NCBI GenBank assembly: GCA_964630685.1
Contig: CAZVVW010000006.1
Span: forward strand, 16 to 64,015
Direction: 5' to 3'
Length of the DNA stretch: 64,000 nt
Source: an uncultured Methanosarcinales archaeon
GTDB taxonomy: Archaea > Nanobdellota > Nanobdellia > Woesearchaeales > BS150m-G63
Position 1 is the first letter of the stretch. Every line of letters begins with the position of its first letter. Below, piece after piece: positions 9,356 to 18,294 of this stretch. Below the pieces are notes generated by a model, which did no database searches, was not told where the DNA came from, and saw only the letters and a program-made list of their open reading frames with translations. A program made the position numbers and the translations under genes.

Positions 9356-9940
9356 TTATTTTTTCTTTTTCACTTTGCCTAGTTTTTTGTAAGCTAGATA
9401 AATAACAAGAGCTAATTCTAAGAATATGATTATTGGTCTTATGTATCTTCCCATGTCACCAAAATATCTTATTGTTCCTGTGAAGATTGTAATAAGTCCT
9501 CCAAGAAGGAAACCAGAACCAACCCATTCATGAATGGGATTCTTTTTTACTGGAAGATTCAGCCCGACTATCAATGCTACTAATCCTAAAATTGATGAGA
9601 CTATAAAGACAATGAGGTTGTATTTTTCTTGTGCATTATCTAATTTATTGTGACATGTTTCACAATATGCATTTATTGGACAATCTTTACTGTCATATTT
9701 GTAATCTATTTCCCCTTCTTGTTTTTTGCAAGAAGATTCTAATTCATCTGGAATGTTTAATTCAGGACAAGAGAATTTTTCTGTTTCTGCTTGAACAGGA
9801 ATATGTGGGTGTTTTCTTTCTTCTGTGCAATAGTCCTCATATTCTGGATAAGGATAAATAGCTTCAATGCTAACATTAACAAAAACAGTAAACAGAATTG
9901 CTATAACGAAGATGACTAATATTCTTCTAGCGTTTGCCAT
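9356..9940 (-). CDS. Membrane protein with Cys-rich extracytoplasmic domain
   Basis: N-terminal signal-anchor, about 90 aa with 8 Cys (C-x-E, CP, CK, CP, C-x2-C-H), then 2-3 C-terminal TMs and a Lys tail. Confidence 0.45.
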   Translation of the reverse strand: MANARRILVIFVIAILFTVFVNVSIEAIYPYPEYEDYCTEERKHPHIPVQAETEKFSCPELNIPDELESSCKKQEGEIDYKYDSKDCPINAYCETCHNKLDNAQEKYNLIVFIVSSILGLVALIVGLNLPVKKNPIHEWVGSGFLLGGLITIFTGTIRYFGDMGRYIRPIIIFLELALVIYLAYKKLGKVKKKK

Positions 9941-10012
9941 GAGTTAAGAATAATTTTGTGTTTTATAAATCTTTCTTAAAAATTTATATAGGGGTGTTGT
10001 TTTAATTATTTT

Positions 10013-10423
10013 ATGTTACCAAGCGTTCATTTTATAGTATCACTGTTTTTAGCAGTAATTCTTTACCCTATTTTTGGATGGATTGTAGGAGTTATTTTAA
10101 TTGGAGGATTTTTTATTGATGTAGATCATTATTTATTGTATTTATTTAAAAAAAAGGATTATAGTCTCAGAAATGCATATTTTTATTTTAGAAATAATGA
10201 TTGTAGTCTAATTTTAAAAAAAGACATTTTTATTTTTCATACAATTGAATCTATTGTTATTTTAAGTGCATTGTCTTTTTATTCTGAATTGTTTTTGTTG
10301 ATAAATTTAGGAGTAGTTTTTCATTTAGTTATGGATTGGATTGATGAGGCTAAGATTTGTGGAAATATAAAAAATCCTTCTATTTTAATTTGGCTTTTTA
10401 ATATTAAAAAAAATAAAAAATAA
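10013..10423 (+). CDS. Hypothetical membrane protein
   Basis: 136 aa with four hydrophobic helices. Confidence 0.4.
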   Translation: MLPSVHFIVSLFLAVILYPIFGWIVGVILIGGFFIDVDHYLLYLFKKKDYSLRNAYFYFRNNDCSLILKKDIFIFHTIESIVILSALSFYSELFLLINLGVVFHLVMDWIDEAKICGNIKNPSILIWLFNIKKNKK

Positions 10424-10434
10424 AAAAAGAGTAC

Positions 10435-12096
10435 TTATTCAAGTACTGCTTCAATAACTGCTCTGAATTCTGCTTCTTCAGCTGCTAAATTTCCTTGAGA
10501 TTCATATCCATTATCAATTCTGGTGTATTTACAGCCAATTACAAATACAGGTACATATCCTTGAGGATTGTATTTTTGGAAGATTTGTACTTGTGAATTT
10601 GGAACACTTGATTCAGTTTCAGTTGTTAATGCGTTATCTCCAATATCAAGATCCCAATGGTATGCAGTTATTTTTCCAGCTTCAGCGTATTCAGTCACAA
10701 CATCATCAAAGGTATCTTTTATCCATACACACTGAGGGCAAGTGGTTGTTGAAAATAACTGTACAAGAGGTTTTCCATTTTCTGTACATAATTCATCTCC
10801 TGTTGCGGCGAATGTTGTGATGTCAATAAGTTCAGTAGTTGTTTCTTCTTCAGCTGTTGTATCTGTTTCTTCATCTGTAGTTGTTATTGGTTCAACTATA
10901 GGTGCTGTTGGTTCTAATAATGCACCCACATCAGTTCCAATTATTTGAACATCTGCATTAGCACGTAGTTGGTCCATGTATAACTGAGCTACTGTTCTTT
11001 GTTTTTGGACTAATAAAGCCTGAGTTAAATCTGCTTTGATGTCTTCTAATGTTTGATTTTGTGCTTCAAACAAATCTTTGTTTTCATTGTATGCTGCTTC
11101 AATTTCAGTATCTGTTATTTCAATGTCACTTAATATGGTTGTGTTAAGTAATTTAAAACTTATAAGTTGTTTTTTGAAATATTCTTTTATGTTGTCTAAA
11201 GTTAACCCTAATTCTGTAATTGTTGCTTCAAATGCTTCTATTGTACCGCCAGATTGTGTTATTGAACTTTGAACAAAAGAATCAACTTCTTCATCAGAGA
11301 CTTCGATGTTGTTCTTAGCTGCTTCTTGAAGTATTAATCTTTCTGGGATTAATGTGCTGTTCAAAAAGAGTTCTTTAGTAATCTGTTCTTTGTATTCTTC
11401 AGGCAATCCACCAATTAAGAAAAAGAATTCATATTCTTTGTCTAGGTCGCTGGCAGTGATTTCTTCACCATTTACAAGCGCAACAGTTCCTGCCACACCA
11501 GGTGTAACTGGGAAACTCCTGTTTACATAAATTATTGCAAAAACAATTAAAATTATACCAATTATTGAAAATGCAATTGGCCAAAAAGAAGTGTTCTTTT
11601 TCCTTACTTTGTGAACTTTTTTAGTAGTTGTTTTTGTTGTTTTTTTCTTTGTAGGTGTTGTTTTTTTCTTTGTTATAGTTTTTTTAGCAACTACTTTTGG
11701 TTTTTTTGCTTTTTTCACAATAGGTTTATCTTCTTTTTCTTCTACAATTTCTTTTTTGATTTCTGTTTTTTCTTCTCTGATGATAGGATTAATCTCTACT
11801 TTTTCTTCCATTTCTTTTTCTACTTCAGCTTCCATATCATCATTGTCGATTTCATCATCATCATCATCATCATGTTCTTCTTCTATTTCTTTAGTTTCTT
11901 GTATCTCTATTTCAGGTTCTTCTTCTTTTTTAATATCAGATTCACTTTTGATGCTTCCCATTTTGTTTATTTCTTCAGAAATTTTTTCTTCTTCAGGAGT
12001 AGATTCTTTTTCAATGTAAACATCTTCTTCAAAATCTTCCCCATTTTTCATCATTTCTTCATAATCATTTACTCTATCTTCATTCATATTAACCAC
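10435..12096 (-). CDS. Bitopic surface protein: acidic/basic low-complexity N-terminus, one TM, SurA-N-like chaperone region and C-terminal thioredoxin-like CxxC domain
   Basis: Residues 1-110 are Asp/Glu-rich and include DDDDDDD. A Lys/Thr-rich basic stretch follows, then a TM helix ('FWPIAFSIIGIILIVFAII'), then a domain resembling a SurA/PpiC N-terminal chaperone. The C-terminus has 'TTCPQCVW...GCKYT' in a thioredoxin-fold context. Confidence 0.65.
   Translation of the reverse strand: MVNMNEDRVNDYEEMMKNGEDFEEDVYIEKESTPEEEKISEEINKMGSIKSESDIKKEEEPEIEIQETKEIEEEHDDDDDDEIDNDDMEAEVEKEMEEKVEINPIIREEKTEIKKEIVEEKEDKPIVKKAKKPKVVAKKTITKKKTTPTKKKTTKTTTKKVHKVRKKNTSFWPIAFSIIGIILIVFAIIYVNRSFPVTPGVAGTVALVNGEEITASDLDKEYEFFFLIGGLPEEYKEQITKELFLNSTLIPERLILQEAAKNNIEVSDEEVDSFVQSSITQSGGTIEAFEATITELGLTLDNIKEYFKKQLISFKLLNTTILSDIEITDTEIEAAYNENKDLFEAQNQTLEDIKADLTQALLVQKQRTVAQLYMDQLRANADVQIIGTDVGALLEPTAPIVEPITTTDEETDTTAEEETTTELIDITTFAATGDELCTENGKPLVQLFSTTTCPQCVWIKDTFDDVVTEYAEAGKITAYHWDLDIGDNALTTETESSVPNSQVQIFQKYNPQGYVPVFVIGCKYTRIDNGYESQGNLAAEEAEFRAVIEAVLE
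11853..11873. repeat. (CAT)7 trinucleotide microsatellite encoding the poly-Asp run of the 10435..12096 gene
   Basis: catcatcatcatcatcatcat on the + strand, which is GAT x7 on the coding strand and encodes DDDDDDD. Confidence 0.8.
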
Positions 12097-12248
12097 CTTG
12101 TTTTAAATAGCTACCTCTTTTTAATTTTAATAATTATAATCCCCTTAAGAGTAGAAAAACTAGTAGTAAATAAAGATTTCGGTTTTTGTATTAATTACTG
12201 AGTAGTTTTAATAAACATTTATATGCTTTTACTTGTTTTACTTTAATT

Positions 12249-13571
12249 ATGCAAGAGATTATAATAGGTAGATTAGCGCGAGATAGGGAAAAATTTGGTA
12301 AAAAAGGAACTATCTTGATAGGAAAACATTTTGTTAAGATGGGTCAAACTACGTCTATGTCTGGTGAAATGTATTTAGATGTAGCTGGAGCACATGTTGT
12401 TTTTATTTGTGGCAAGCGTGGTGGGGGAAAATCTTATACTATGGGAGTTATTGCTGAAGGATTTGAGATGCTTGAGCCAGAGATAAAGGATAATTTGAGC
12501 ATTATTTTACTTGATACTATGGGTATTTATTGGACTATGAAATATCCAAATAGACATGAAGCTGATTTGTTAGAACCATGGGGACTAGAACCAAAATCAA
12601 TGCCTGTTGTGATTTACACTCCATATAAACATTATGAAGAATACAAAGAAAAGGGAATCCCTACTGATTTTCCATTTTCTTTAGAGGCTTCTATGATTGA
12701 TCAAGATGATTGGTGCTTGGCTTTTAAGCAAGAGAAGTATAGTACTATTGGTGTGCTTATTGCTAGGATTGTGTTAGGGTTAAAAGAGAAAAAAGGCAAG
12801 TATAATATTGATGATATTATTGCTGAAATTGATAAAGATGAAAAAGCAGATAGTAAAACTAAACAAGCTGTTGAAAGTATGTTTTTGATGGCTAAAGGTT
12901 GGGGTGTTTTTACAGATAAAGGAACTGATTTTCAAGAGCTTGCTAAAGGTGGACAAACCACTATTTTAGATGTTAGTTGTTATGCTACTATGCCTGGTGG
13001 ATGGGATGTTAAAGCATTGATTGTAGGAATTGTTTCTCAACATTTATTTATTGAGCGAATGAATTTTAGGAAAAAAGAAGAAATGAACGATTTAAAGAGT
13101 TCTATGGAATATTTTACTGAAAAATCACAAAAAAAACAACAGATGCCTTTGGTTTGGCTAGTTATTGATGAAGCTCACGAATTTTTGCCTAGAACTGGTA
13201 CTGTTGCGTCTACTGATGCTTTGGTTACTATAATGAGGGAAGGTAGACAGCCAGGGATTTCACTTATATTGGCTACACAGCAACCAGGAAAAATTCATAC
13301 TGATGTGATGACTCAAAGCGATATTGTGTTGAGTCATAGGATTACAGCTAAAATTGATGTTGATGCTTTGGGAATGTTGATGCAGAGTTATATGAGAACT
13401 GGTCTGACAGGTGAATTAGATAATCTTCCTCGTGTAAAGGGTGCAGGAGTTATTTTTGATGATAGTAACGAAAAAATGTATCCTATGAGGGTTCGTCCGA
13501 GAATTACTTGGCATGGAGGAGCTTCTCCTACAGCTATTCCCAAAGATATTGACAAAGAAGAGAAGTTGTAA
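12249..13571 (+). CDS. HerA/FtsK-like P-loop ATPase (DUF87 family)
   Basis: Walker A 'ICGKRGGGKSYTMG', Walker B 'VWLVIDEAHEFLP' and the 'ILATQQPGKI' motif typical of HerA/DUF87. No NurA partner is nearby. Confidence 0.75.
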   Translation: MQEIIIGRLARDREKFGKKGTILIGKHFVKMGQTTSMSGEMYLDVAGAHVVFICGKRGGGKSYTMGVIAEGFEMLEPEIKDNLSIILLDTMGIYWTMKYPNRHEADLLEPWGLEPKSMPVVIYTPYKHYEEYKEKGIPTDFPFSLEASMIDQDDWCLAFKQEKYSTIGVLIARIVLGLKEKKGKYNIDDIIAEIDKDEKADSKTKQAVESMFLMAKGWGVFTDKGTDFQELAKGGQTTILDVSCYATMPGGWDVKALIVGIVSQHLFIERMNFRKKEEMNDLKSSMEYFTEKSQKKQQMPLVWLVIDEAHEFLPRTGTVASTDALVTIMREGRQPGISLILATQQPGKIHTDVMTQSDIVLSHRITAKIDVDALGMLMQSYMRTGLTGELDNLPRVKGAGVIFDDSNEKMYPMRVRPRITWHGGASPTAIPKDIDKEEKL

Positions 13572-13626
13572 ATCTTTCAGTTTTTTCTAGGAAAGATATA
13601 TAAATTTGAGTTGATTCTATGTTTAT

Positions 13627-13923
13627 ATGGTATTTAGTAAAAGTTTTCCAAGGACTATTGAAGGGAGTAATTATCCTGTTTGGGAAGAAGTTAAATTGAC
13701 TGAAAAAGAAGAGAAAGAGCAAGAAGGCAATTGCAGAATTGAAAATATCTCTTTGATGAAAGAATGTATTGATGATGCTAAAGGGATTATGAAAGATAAA
13801 GGGTTAAAGAATTTTCAGACTGATTTGATTAATATGGCTATTTCTTTGTTTGAGAAAAGAGCAAGCCATAGTGTTTATTGGAAAGAGAACAAAGCGAAAG
13901 AAAAGTTTGATGAGATGTTTTGA
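13627..13923 (+). CDS. Hypothetical protein
   Basis: 98-aa ORF with no recognisable motifs. Confidence 0.35.
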   Translation: MVFSKSFPRTIEGSNYPVWEEVKLTEKEEKEQEGNCRIENISLMKECIDDAKGIMKDKGLKNFQTDLINMAISLFEKRASHSVYWKENKAKEKFDEMF

Positions 13924-13939
13924 TAGGGGGTTATAGTGA

Positions 13940-14458
13940 TTAAGGGATTCTTCTCAACTGTTTAACTAAGTAGTTTTCTTCATCTTGGATCACTTCTTTT
14001 TTTATTTCTGGTAGAGGTTCTTTTTTGTTTTCTTTTTCAAAAGCTCCGATGTGGGCTGTGTGTTCTTTAATTTTTAGCTCTATAGTGGACATCTCTTCTT
14101 CATCTAATTGTTTTGGTTGCCATTCTAAATTTATATTGTCGTTTTCTGTTCTAGGTATTATGCTTATGCTAAAGTGAGAGTGTTTTTGACCTGCTGTAAC
14201 TCCATTATTCATGAGAATATTTGTGCCTTGAATGTTTAGAGAATCAAATAAAGCGCTTGATAGTTTGTTAGCTATTATCATGAGATGGTTTACTATAAAA
14301 TCAGGCACTTGTTCTAAAATAGGGAAATGTCCTTTAGGTACTAAAGTTATTTGACCTAAAACAGCAGGAGTTTCTTCTATAAACACAATTACTTTTTCAT
14401 CTTCGTAAATCTTTAACTTGATTTCTTTTTTTATTTTGTCACAGATTTTGCAGGCCAT
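13940..14458 (-). CDS. HIT-superfamily-like protein with degenerate histidine triad
   Basis: N-terminal 'CKICDKI' (Hint-like CxxC) and 'LVPKGH' (the conserved 'PKxH'). The triad position reads 'GQKHSHFSISIIPR' where Hint has 'H-x-H-x-H-x-x'. 172 aa. Confidence 0.65.
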   Translation of the reverse strand: MACKICDKIKKEIKLKIYEDEKVIVFIEETPAVLGQITLVPKGHFPILEQVPDFIVNHLMIIANKLSSALFDSLNIQGTNILMNNGVTAGQKHSHFSISIIPRTENDNINLEWQPKQLDEEEMSTIELKIKEHTAHIGAFEKENKKEPLPEIKKEVIQDEENYLVKQLRRIP

Positions 14459-14459
14459 T

Positions 14460-15137
14460 TTAAGTAAATAGTTTAGCTATATCGTCTAAATTTGCTCCTT
14501 TGGTTTTTTTGGTACTCTTTTTCTTGGTTTCTTTTTTCTTTTTTGGAGAACTTATTTTTGAATTGGATTCTTTTTTGGATGTTTTTTTAGGGAGGGTTTG
14601 TTTGATTTTTTGTTTAGTTTCTGGTTCTTCTTTTTCTGGTTTTAATCCAAAAAGTTCATTGACTTTTTTTGTCATTATTTGTTTTAATTTTGTTAAGTCA
14701 GTTTCATTTGTTTTGTTTTCTGGAAGGGTAAAATTAAGTGCATCTTTTTCCATTCTTGGAATTATATGGATCATAAAGTGCTGAGCTTTTTGTCCTGCAA
14801 CAATTCCGTTTGCGATAAAGATATTTGTGCCTGAAGCTTTGAAAGCTTTTAGGCAGGCAGAAGAAAGTGCTTTTGTTATCATTGACATGTGCCCTAAAAT
14901 ATCATCTGGAATCTGAGGCATTATTGCGTAATGTTCTTTAGGTAAAAGAAGTATATGTCCTGGATTAGCTGGATTGATATCTAAAATAGCTAGACATTTA
15001 TCATCTTCATAGATTTTTTTAGATTGAACTTTTCCACTAACAATATGGCAAAATATACATTGCTCTTTTTGGAATTTTCTTAATTCCTCTGGAGACATGT
15101 TTTTCAGTTTTTCCTGTAAATCCTCTTGTTCAGACAT
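14460..15137 (-). CDS. HIT-superfamily-like protein with degenerate histidine triad and Lys-rich C-terminal tail
   Basis: 'CIFCHIVSGK', 'LAILDINPANPGHILLLPKEH' and 'GQKAQHFMIHIIPR' (middle His replaced by Met). The C-terminal 60 aa are Lys/Ser/Thr-rich. 225 aa. Adjacent paralog of 13940..14458. Confidence 0.65.
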   Translation of the reverse strand: MSEQEDLQEKLKNMSPEELRKFQKEQCIFCHIVSGKVQSKKIYEDDKCLAILDINPANPGHILLLPKEHYAIMPQIPDDILGHMSMITKALSSACLKAFKASGTNIFIANGIVAGQKAQHFMIHIIPRMEKDALNFTLPENKTNETDLTKLKQIMTKKVNELFGLKPEKEEPETKQKIKQTLPKKTSKKESNSKISSPKKKKETKKKSTKKTKGANLDDIAKLFT

Positions 15138-15190
15138 ATTGGTTTGAAAAGTGTTTTGTTATAAAAAAGTTGTTATTGAAAGCAACAAGA

Positions 15191-16336
15191 TTACTTTGTT
15201 GCTTCATAACGTGCTTTTACTTCTGCTGCTGAAAATGCTTTATTGTAAATAAGAGCAGAATCAATAGTTCCTGCAAAAGTAGACGCAATTGTTAAATCAG
15301 TAGATGTATCGCTTGTGGTTGTTATTGTTGCATTGTTATCCAATTCTCCATCTAAGAATAATTGAACATATCCATTATTATGGGTTACAATTATGTGATG
15401 CCATTTATTTGAATCTAGGTTATTAAGTCCTATTAATTGATCAGATCCATTTTGAAAACTTAATTTATAATTCATTCCTTGATTAATTGTTTGAATATAA
15501 TATGCTATCCCTTTTGAAAAAAAAGGTCCCAAACTATCTCCTCTAGTCCATATTTCCCAAGTATATTCCTTTGTGTTGTTAAAATCTAAACTATTATCAT
15601 TTCCAACGTTTAATGGGCTTGATGAAAATATAGCTGCATTACCAAATTTACCATTAGATGTCCAATTGTGGCAATTTCCATCAGGGTTGCAACTTCCAGT
15701 GTTTTCGTTTCCGCTGAGATCCATTGCTTCTTCACCTTCACCTTCACCGAAATACCAGTAAGCTAGTAAATTATCTGCATTGTTCCCTAAAATATTTTTT
15801 GGGTTGAATTCATCTATTGAAGAACTGATTTCACCTATTACTGTGTGGTTTAGTAAATCTTTTGTTTGATAGGTTAAATAGACATCTGCTTTTGCTTTTT
15901 TGTTGATATTCTTTGGAGGATGTTTTATGCTAAATCTTGCTTCTTTTCCATTTCTTACATCTCTTTCTCCTTGGTATAGTCCATTTAGTTCTTTTCCGCT
16001 TATGTTTACTTTAGTGATTGTAATATCTTTGCCAAAACTATTTTGGAGTACTATTGTTGTGAAATATTCATCTACAACAAATTCCGTGCATGCTAAACCA
16101 GGCACAAAAGTACATGTTTTTGGCAGAAAGTTTCCTGGATTGACAATTCCAAAATAACCCAGTGCTGCGATTGTTATGATTACAACTAGAATAGCCCACC
16201 CGTAAGTCATTAAGAACTCCATAGCGGCCTGCGCCCGCTTTGTAATTCTCGAGGAGTTCACTCGCGATGCTCGCGAATCTATTAAGAATTCCATAGCTGT
16301 TTGAGCTTTCTTTGATTTGCTTTGTTTTGTTTTCAT
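15191..16336 (-). CDS. Pilin-like protein with class-III signal peptide (duplicated leader) and C-terminal LamG/ConA-like lectin domain
   Basis: N-terminus 'MKTKQSKSKKAQTAMEFLIDSRASRVNSSRITKRAQAAMEFLMTYGWAILVVIITIAALGYFG' holds two copies of the prepilin motif. The C-terminus ('WHHIIVTHNNGYVQLFLDGEL...ALIYNKAFSAAEV') is a laminin-G/concanavalin-like beta-sandwich signature. Confidence 0.75.
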   Translation of the reverse strand: MKTKQSKSKKAQTAMEFLIDSRASRVNSSRITKRAQAAMEFLMTYGWAILVVIITIAALGYFGIVNPGNFLPKTCTFVPGLACTEFVVDEYFTTIVLQNSFGKDITITKVNISGKELNGLYQGERDVRNGKEARFSIKHPPKNINKKAKADVYLTYQTKDLLNHTVIGEISSSIDEFNPKNILGNNADNLLAYWYFGEGEGEEAMDLSGNENTGSCNPDGNCHNWTSNGKFGNAAIFSSSPLNVGNDNSLDFNNTKEYTWEIWTRGDSLGPFFSKGIAYYIQTINQGMNYKLSFQNGSDQLIGLNNLDSNKWHHIIVTHNNGYVQLFLDGELDNNATITTTSDTSTDLTIASTFAGTIDSALIYNKAFSAAEVKARYEATK

Positions 16337-18258
16337 ATTATTTCCTCTTTCTTTTTTCCATAAATATAAAGATATTGCCAGAATAAAGATTGTTTTCTTT
16401 CTATTTTAATTTTAAATCCTGCTTCTTTAAAATGATTTTGGATGTGTTCATTACTTGTTAACCATCTTTTGTTGGGAATCAATCCAAAAAAGTTATCATA
16501 ATCTACAAAGCAAATTTTATCTCCTATTTTTAATTTTTGATTCATTTCTTTTAATACTTTTGTAGGGTGCTGTACATAACCCAACATTCCTACAGATACA
16601 ATAACATCAATAATTGGTATTTTTGGATGTACTCTTGTGCTATGTAGTGGATCATGAATTAATTTAACGTGTTTATGGCCTTTTTGTTTTATTCTTTTTT
16701 TTGTGATGTCTAAATCATGCAAGGAAATATCTACAGCATAAATTTTTCCTTTAGGCCCAACTTCTTCTGCCAAATGCATAGTCATTGTACCTACAGAACA
16801 CCCAAATTCGAGAACTGTTTTTCTTTTAAGATTTCCAACAAGACGAATTACTTTTTTTCTTATTTTTAATGGGGTAGATATATTTTCAGTTAAAAGATAA
16901 AAATATGCAAATAAATCATCTACTCTTCTTAATATTTTAGGATCATAATATAATCCTATTAATAGATAGATTGGAATCCCTATTAAAATAAAAGAAAATC
17001 CCATTTTTAAAAGATAAAATGCTCCTGCTTCTTGTGTGAGCCATAAGAATATTAAAAATGCATTAAATAAAAGGATTATAATTGGACCAACATAACCAAA
17101 AGGGGCTTTGAATGGTCTTTTTTTGTTAGGGTGTTTATTTCTTAAAGTTGGTACTGCAAGTATTGCTGCGCTCATAATAATTAAAACTAAAGGAATCAAC
17201 ATTTCTAAAAGAGTTTCATACCCTTTTCCAGAAAAACTCATTAAAATAAAAACAGTTGTTGCACATGCTTGAAATATTATTGCTCTATGTGGTGTGTGAT
17301 ATTTTGAATGGATATCTTTGAATTGTGGCAAAAATAATTTATCTCTTGTTAATGCAAGGATTAATCTTGGCCCTGTTACAATCCATCCAGCAGCTGCACC
17401 TATTATAACTAGATAAGTTCCTATTGTGAGAATATCTCTCCCCCAATTACCCATTAATAGTTGTGCTAAATCTGCAAAAGGAGCTGCGCTTAAACTAAAT
17501 GCTTCCCAATGTATTGTACTTAAACTAGTTACAACAAGTAAAATGATTAATCCAGCTATGATTGTAACTCCTATCAATAATGCTTTTGGAAGTACTTTTT
17601 CTGGTCTTTTTGTCTCTTCTGCTAAAAAACAAACACTTTCTAATCCAAAGAAAGCTTGAGAAGTAAAAAATACAGCTATGAATATAGCAGAGAGATTTTT
17701 GAATATTGAATCATATATAAAAAAAGGGCTTAAGTTTGAGAAGTTTAATTGAGGAATTGTTGGGAGAATCAATATAAAAATTATTGAGATAGTTATTATC
17801 GCAAAAGTTACTAACATAAATGCAGAAGTTTTCATGCCTCTATAAGCCATTATATTAAAAATTATTACCCACAATAGGGAGATTAAGATTTTACTGATTA
17901 TGAAAATAGGTGCATTGTAAGGTAAGAGATATTGAATAGCTCCCACAATAAGCATTGCTGTCGTGATGTTTCCAACTAACCATGCGATCCACCCAACAAG
18001 AAAAGAAGAGAACCTTCCATAAGCGTGTTTGCTAAACTCATAGATGCCGCCTGCTTTAGGGTACATAGAAACTAATTCTGCAAAACATGTTGCAGTGTAT
18101 AAAGTTATGATTGCAACTATTATCCAAGCTAAAATTGATGCTGGTCCAGCATATCTTGCACCAATTGCAGGCAGAAAAAAGAGGCCTGAACCTATTATGG
18201 AGTTAATTGTGATTAGTAAAATCACCTTAAAGCTTAATACTTTTTTTAGTTCTGCCAT
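16333..18258 (-). CDS. Fusion protein: APC-family amino acid permease (N-terminal, about 12 TM) plus C-terminal class I SAM-dependent methyltransferase domain
   Basis: Residues 1-440 are permease-like. Residues about 470-641 have MTase motif I 'VLEFGCSVGTMT', post-I 'AVDIS' and motif IV-like 'IDVIVSVGML'. It is a single uninterrupted 641-aa ORF. Confidence 0.7.
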   Translation of the reverse strand: MAELKKVLSFKVILLITINSIIGSGLFFLPAIGARYAGPASILAWIIVAIITLYTATCFAELVSMYPKAGGIYEFSKHAYGRFSSFLVGWIAWLVGNITTAMLIVGAIQYLLPYNAPIFIISKILISLLWVIIFNIMAYRGMKTSAFMLVTFAIITISIIFILILPTIPQLNFSNLSPFFIYDSIFKNLSAIFIAVFFTSQAFFGLESVCFLAEETKRPEKVLPKALLIGVTIIAGLIILLVVTSLSTIHWEAFSLSAAPFADLAQLLMGNWGRDILTIGTYLVIIGAAAGWIVTGPRLILALTRDKLFLPQFKDIHSKYHTPHRAIIFQACATTVFILMSFSGKGYETLLEMLIPLVLIIMSAAILAVPTLRNKHPNKKRPFKAPFGYVGPIIILLFNAFLIFLWLTQEAGAFYLLKMGFSFILIGIPIYLLIGLYYDPKILRRVDDLFAYFYLLTENISTPLKIRKKVIRLVGNLKRKTVLEFGCSVGTMTMHLAEEVGPKGKIYAVDISLHDLDITKKRIKQKGHKHVKLIHDPLHSTRVHPKIPIIDVIVSVGMLGYVQHPTKVLKEMNQKLKIGDKICFVDYDNFFGLIPNKRWLTSNEHIQNHFKEAGFKIKIERKQSLFWQYLYIYGKKKEEII

Positions 18259-18294
18259 TTTGTGGTTGTTGTTGTGTGTTTTTTATTATATGAT

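Noticed and set aside
11611-12201. 196-aa and 87-aa plus-strand ORFs rich in Phe/Ser/Ile
   Set aside because: They are antisense to the poly-acidic/Lys-rich region of the 10435..12096 gene. Extreme low-complexity mirrors the sense-strand codon repeats.
12249-13571. HerA-like ATPase as part of a HerA-NurA end-resection pair or a conjugative VirB4-like system
   Set aside because: There is no NurA nuclease or Mre11/Rad50, and no other conjugation components, in the flanking genes. It is left as a stand-alone DUF87 ATPase.
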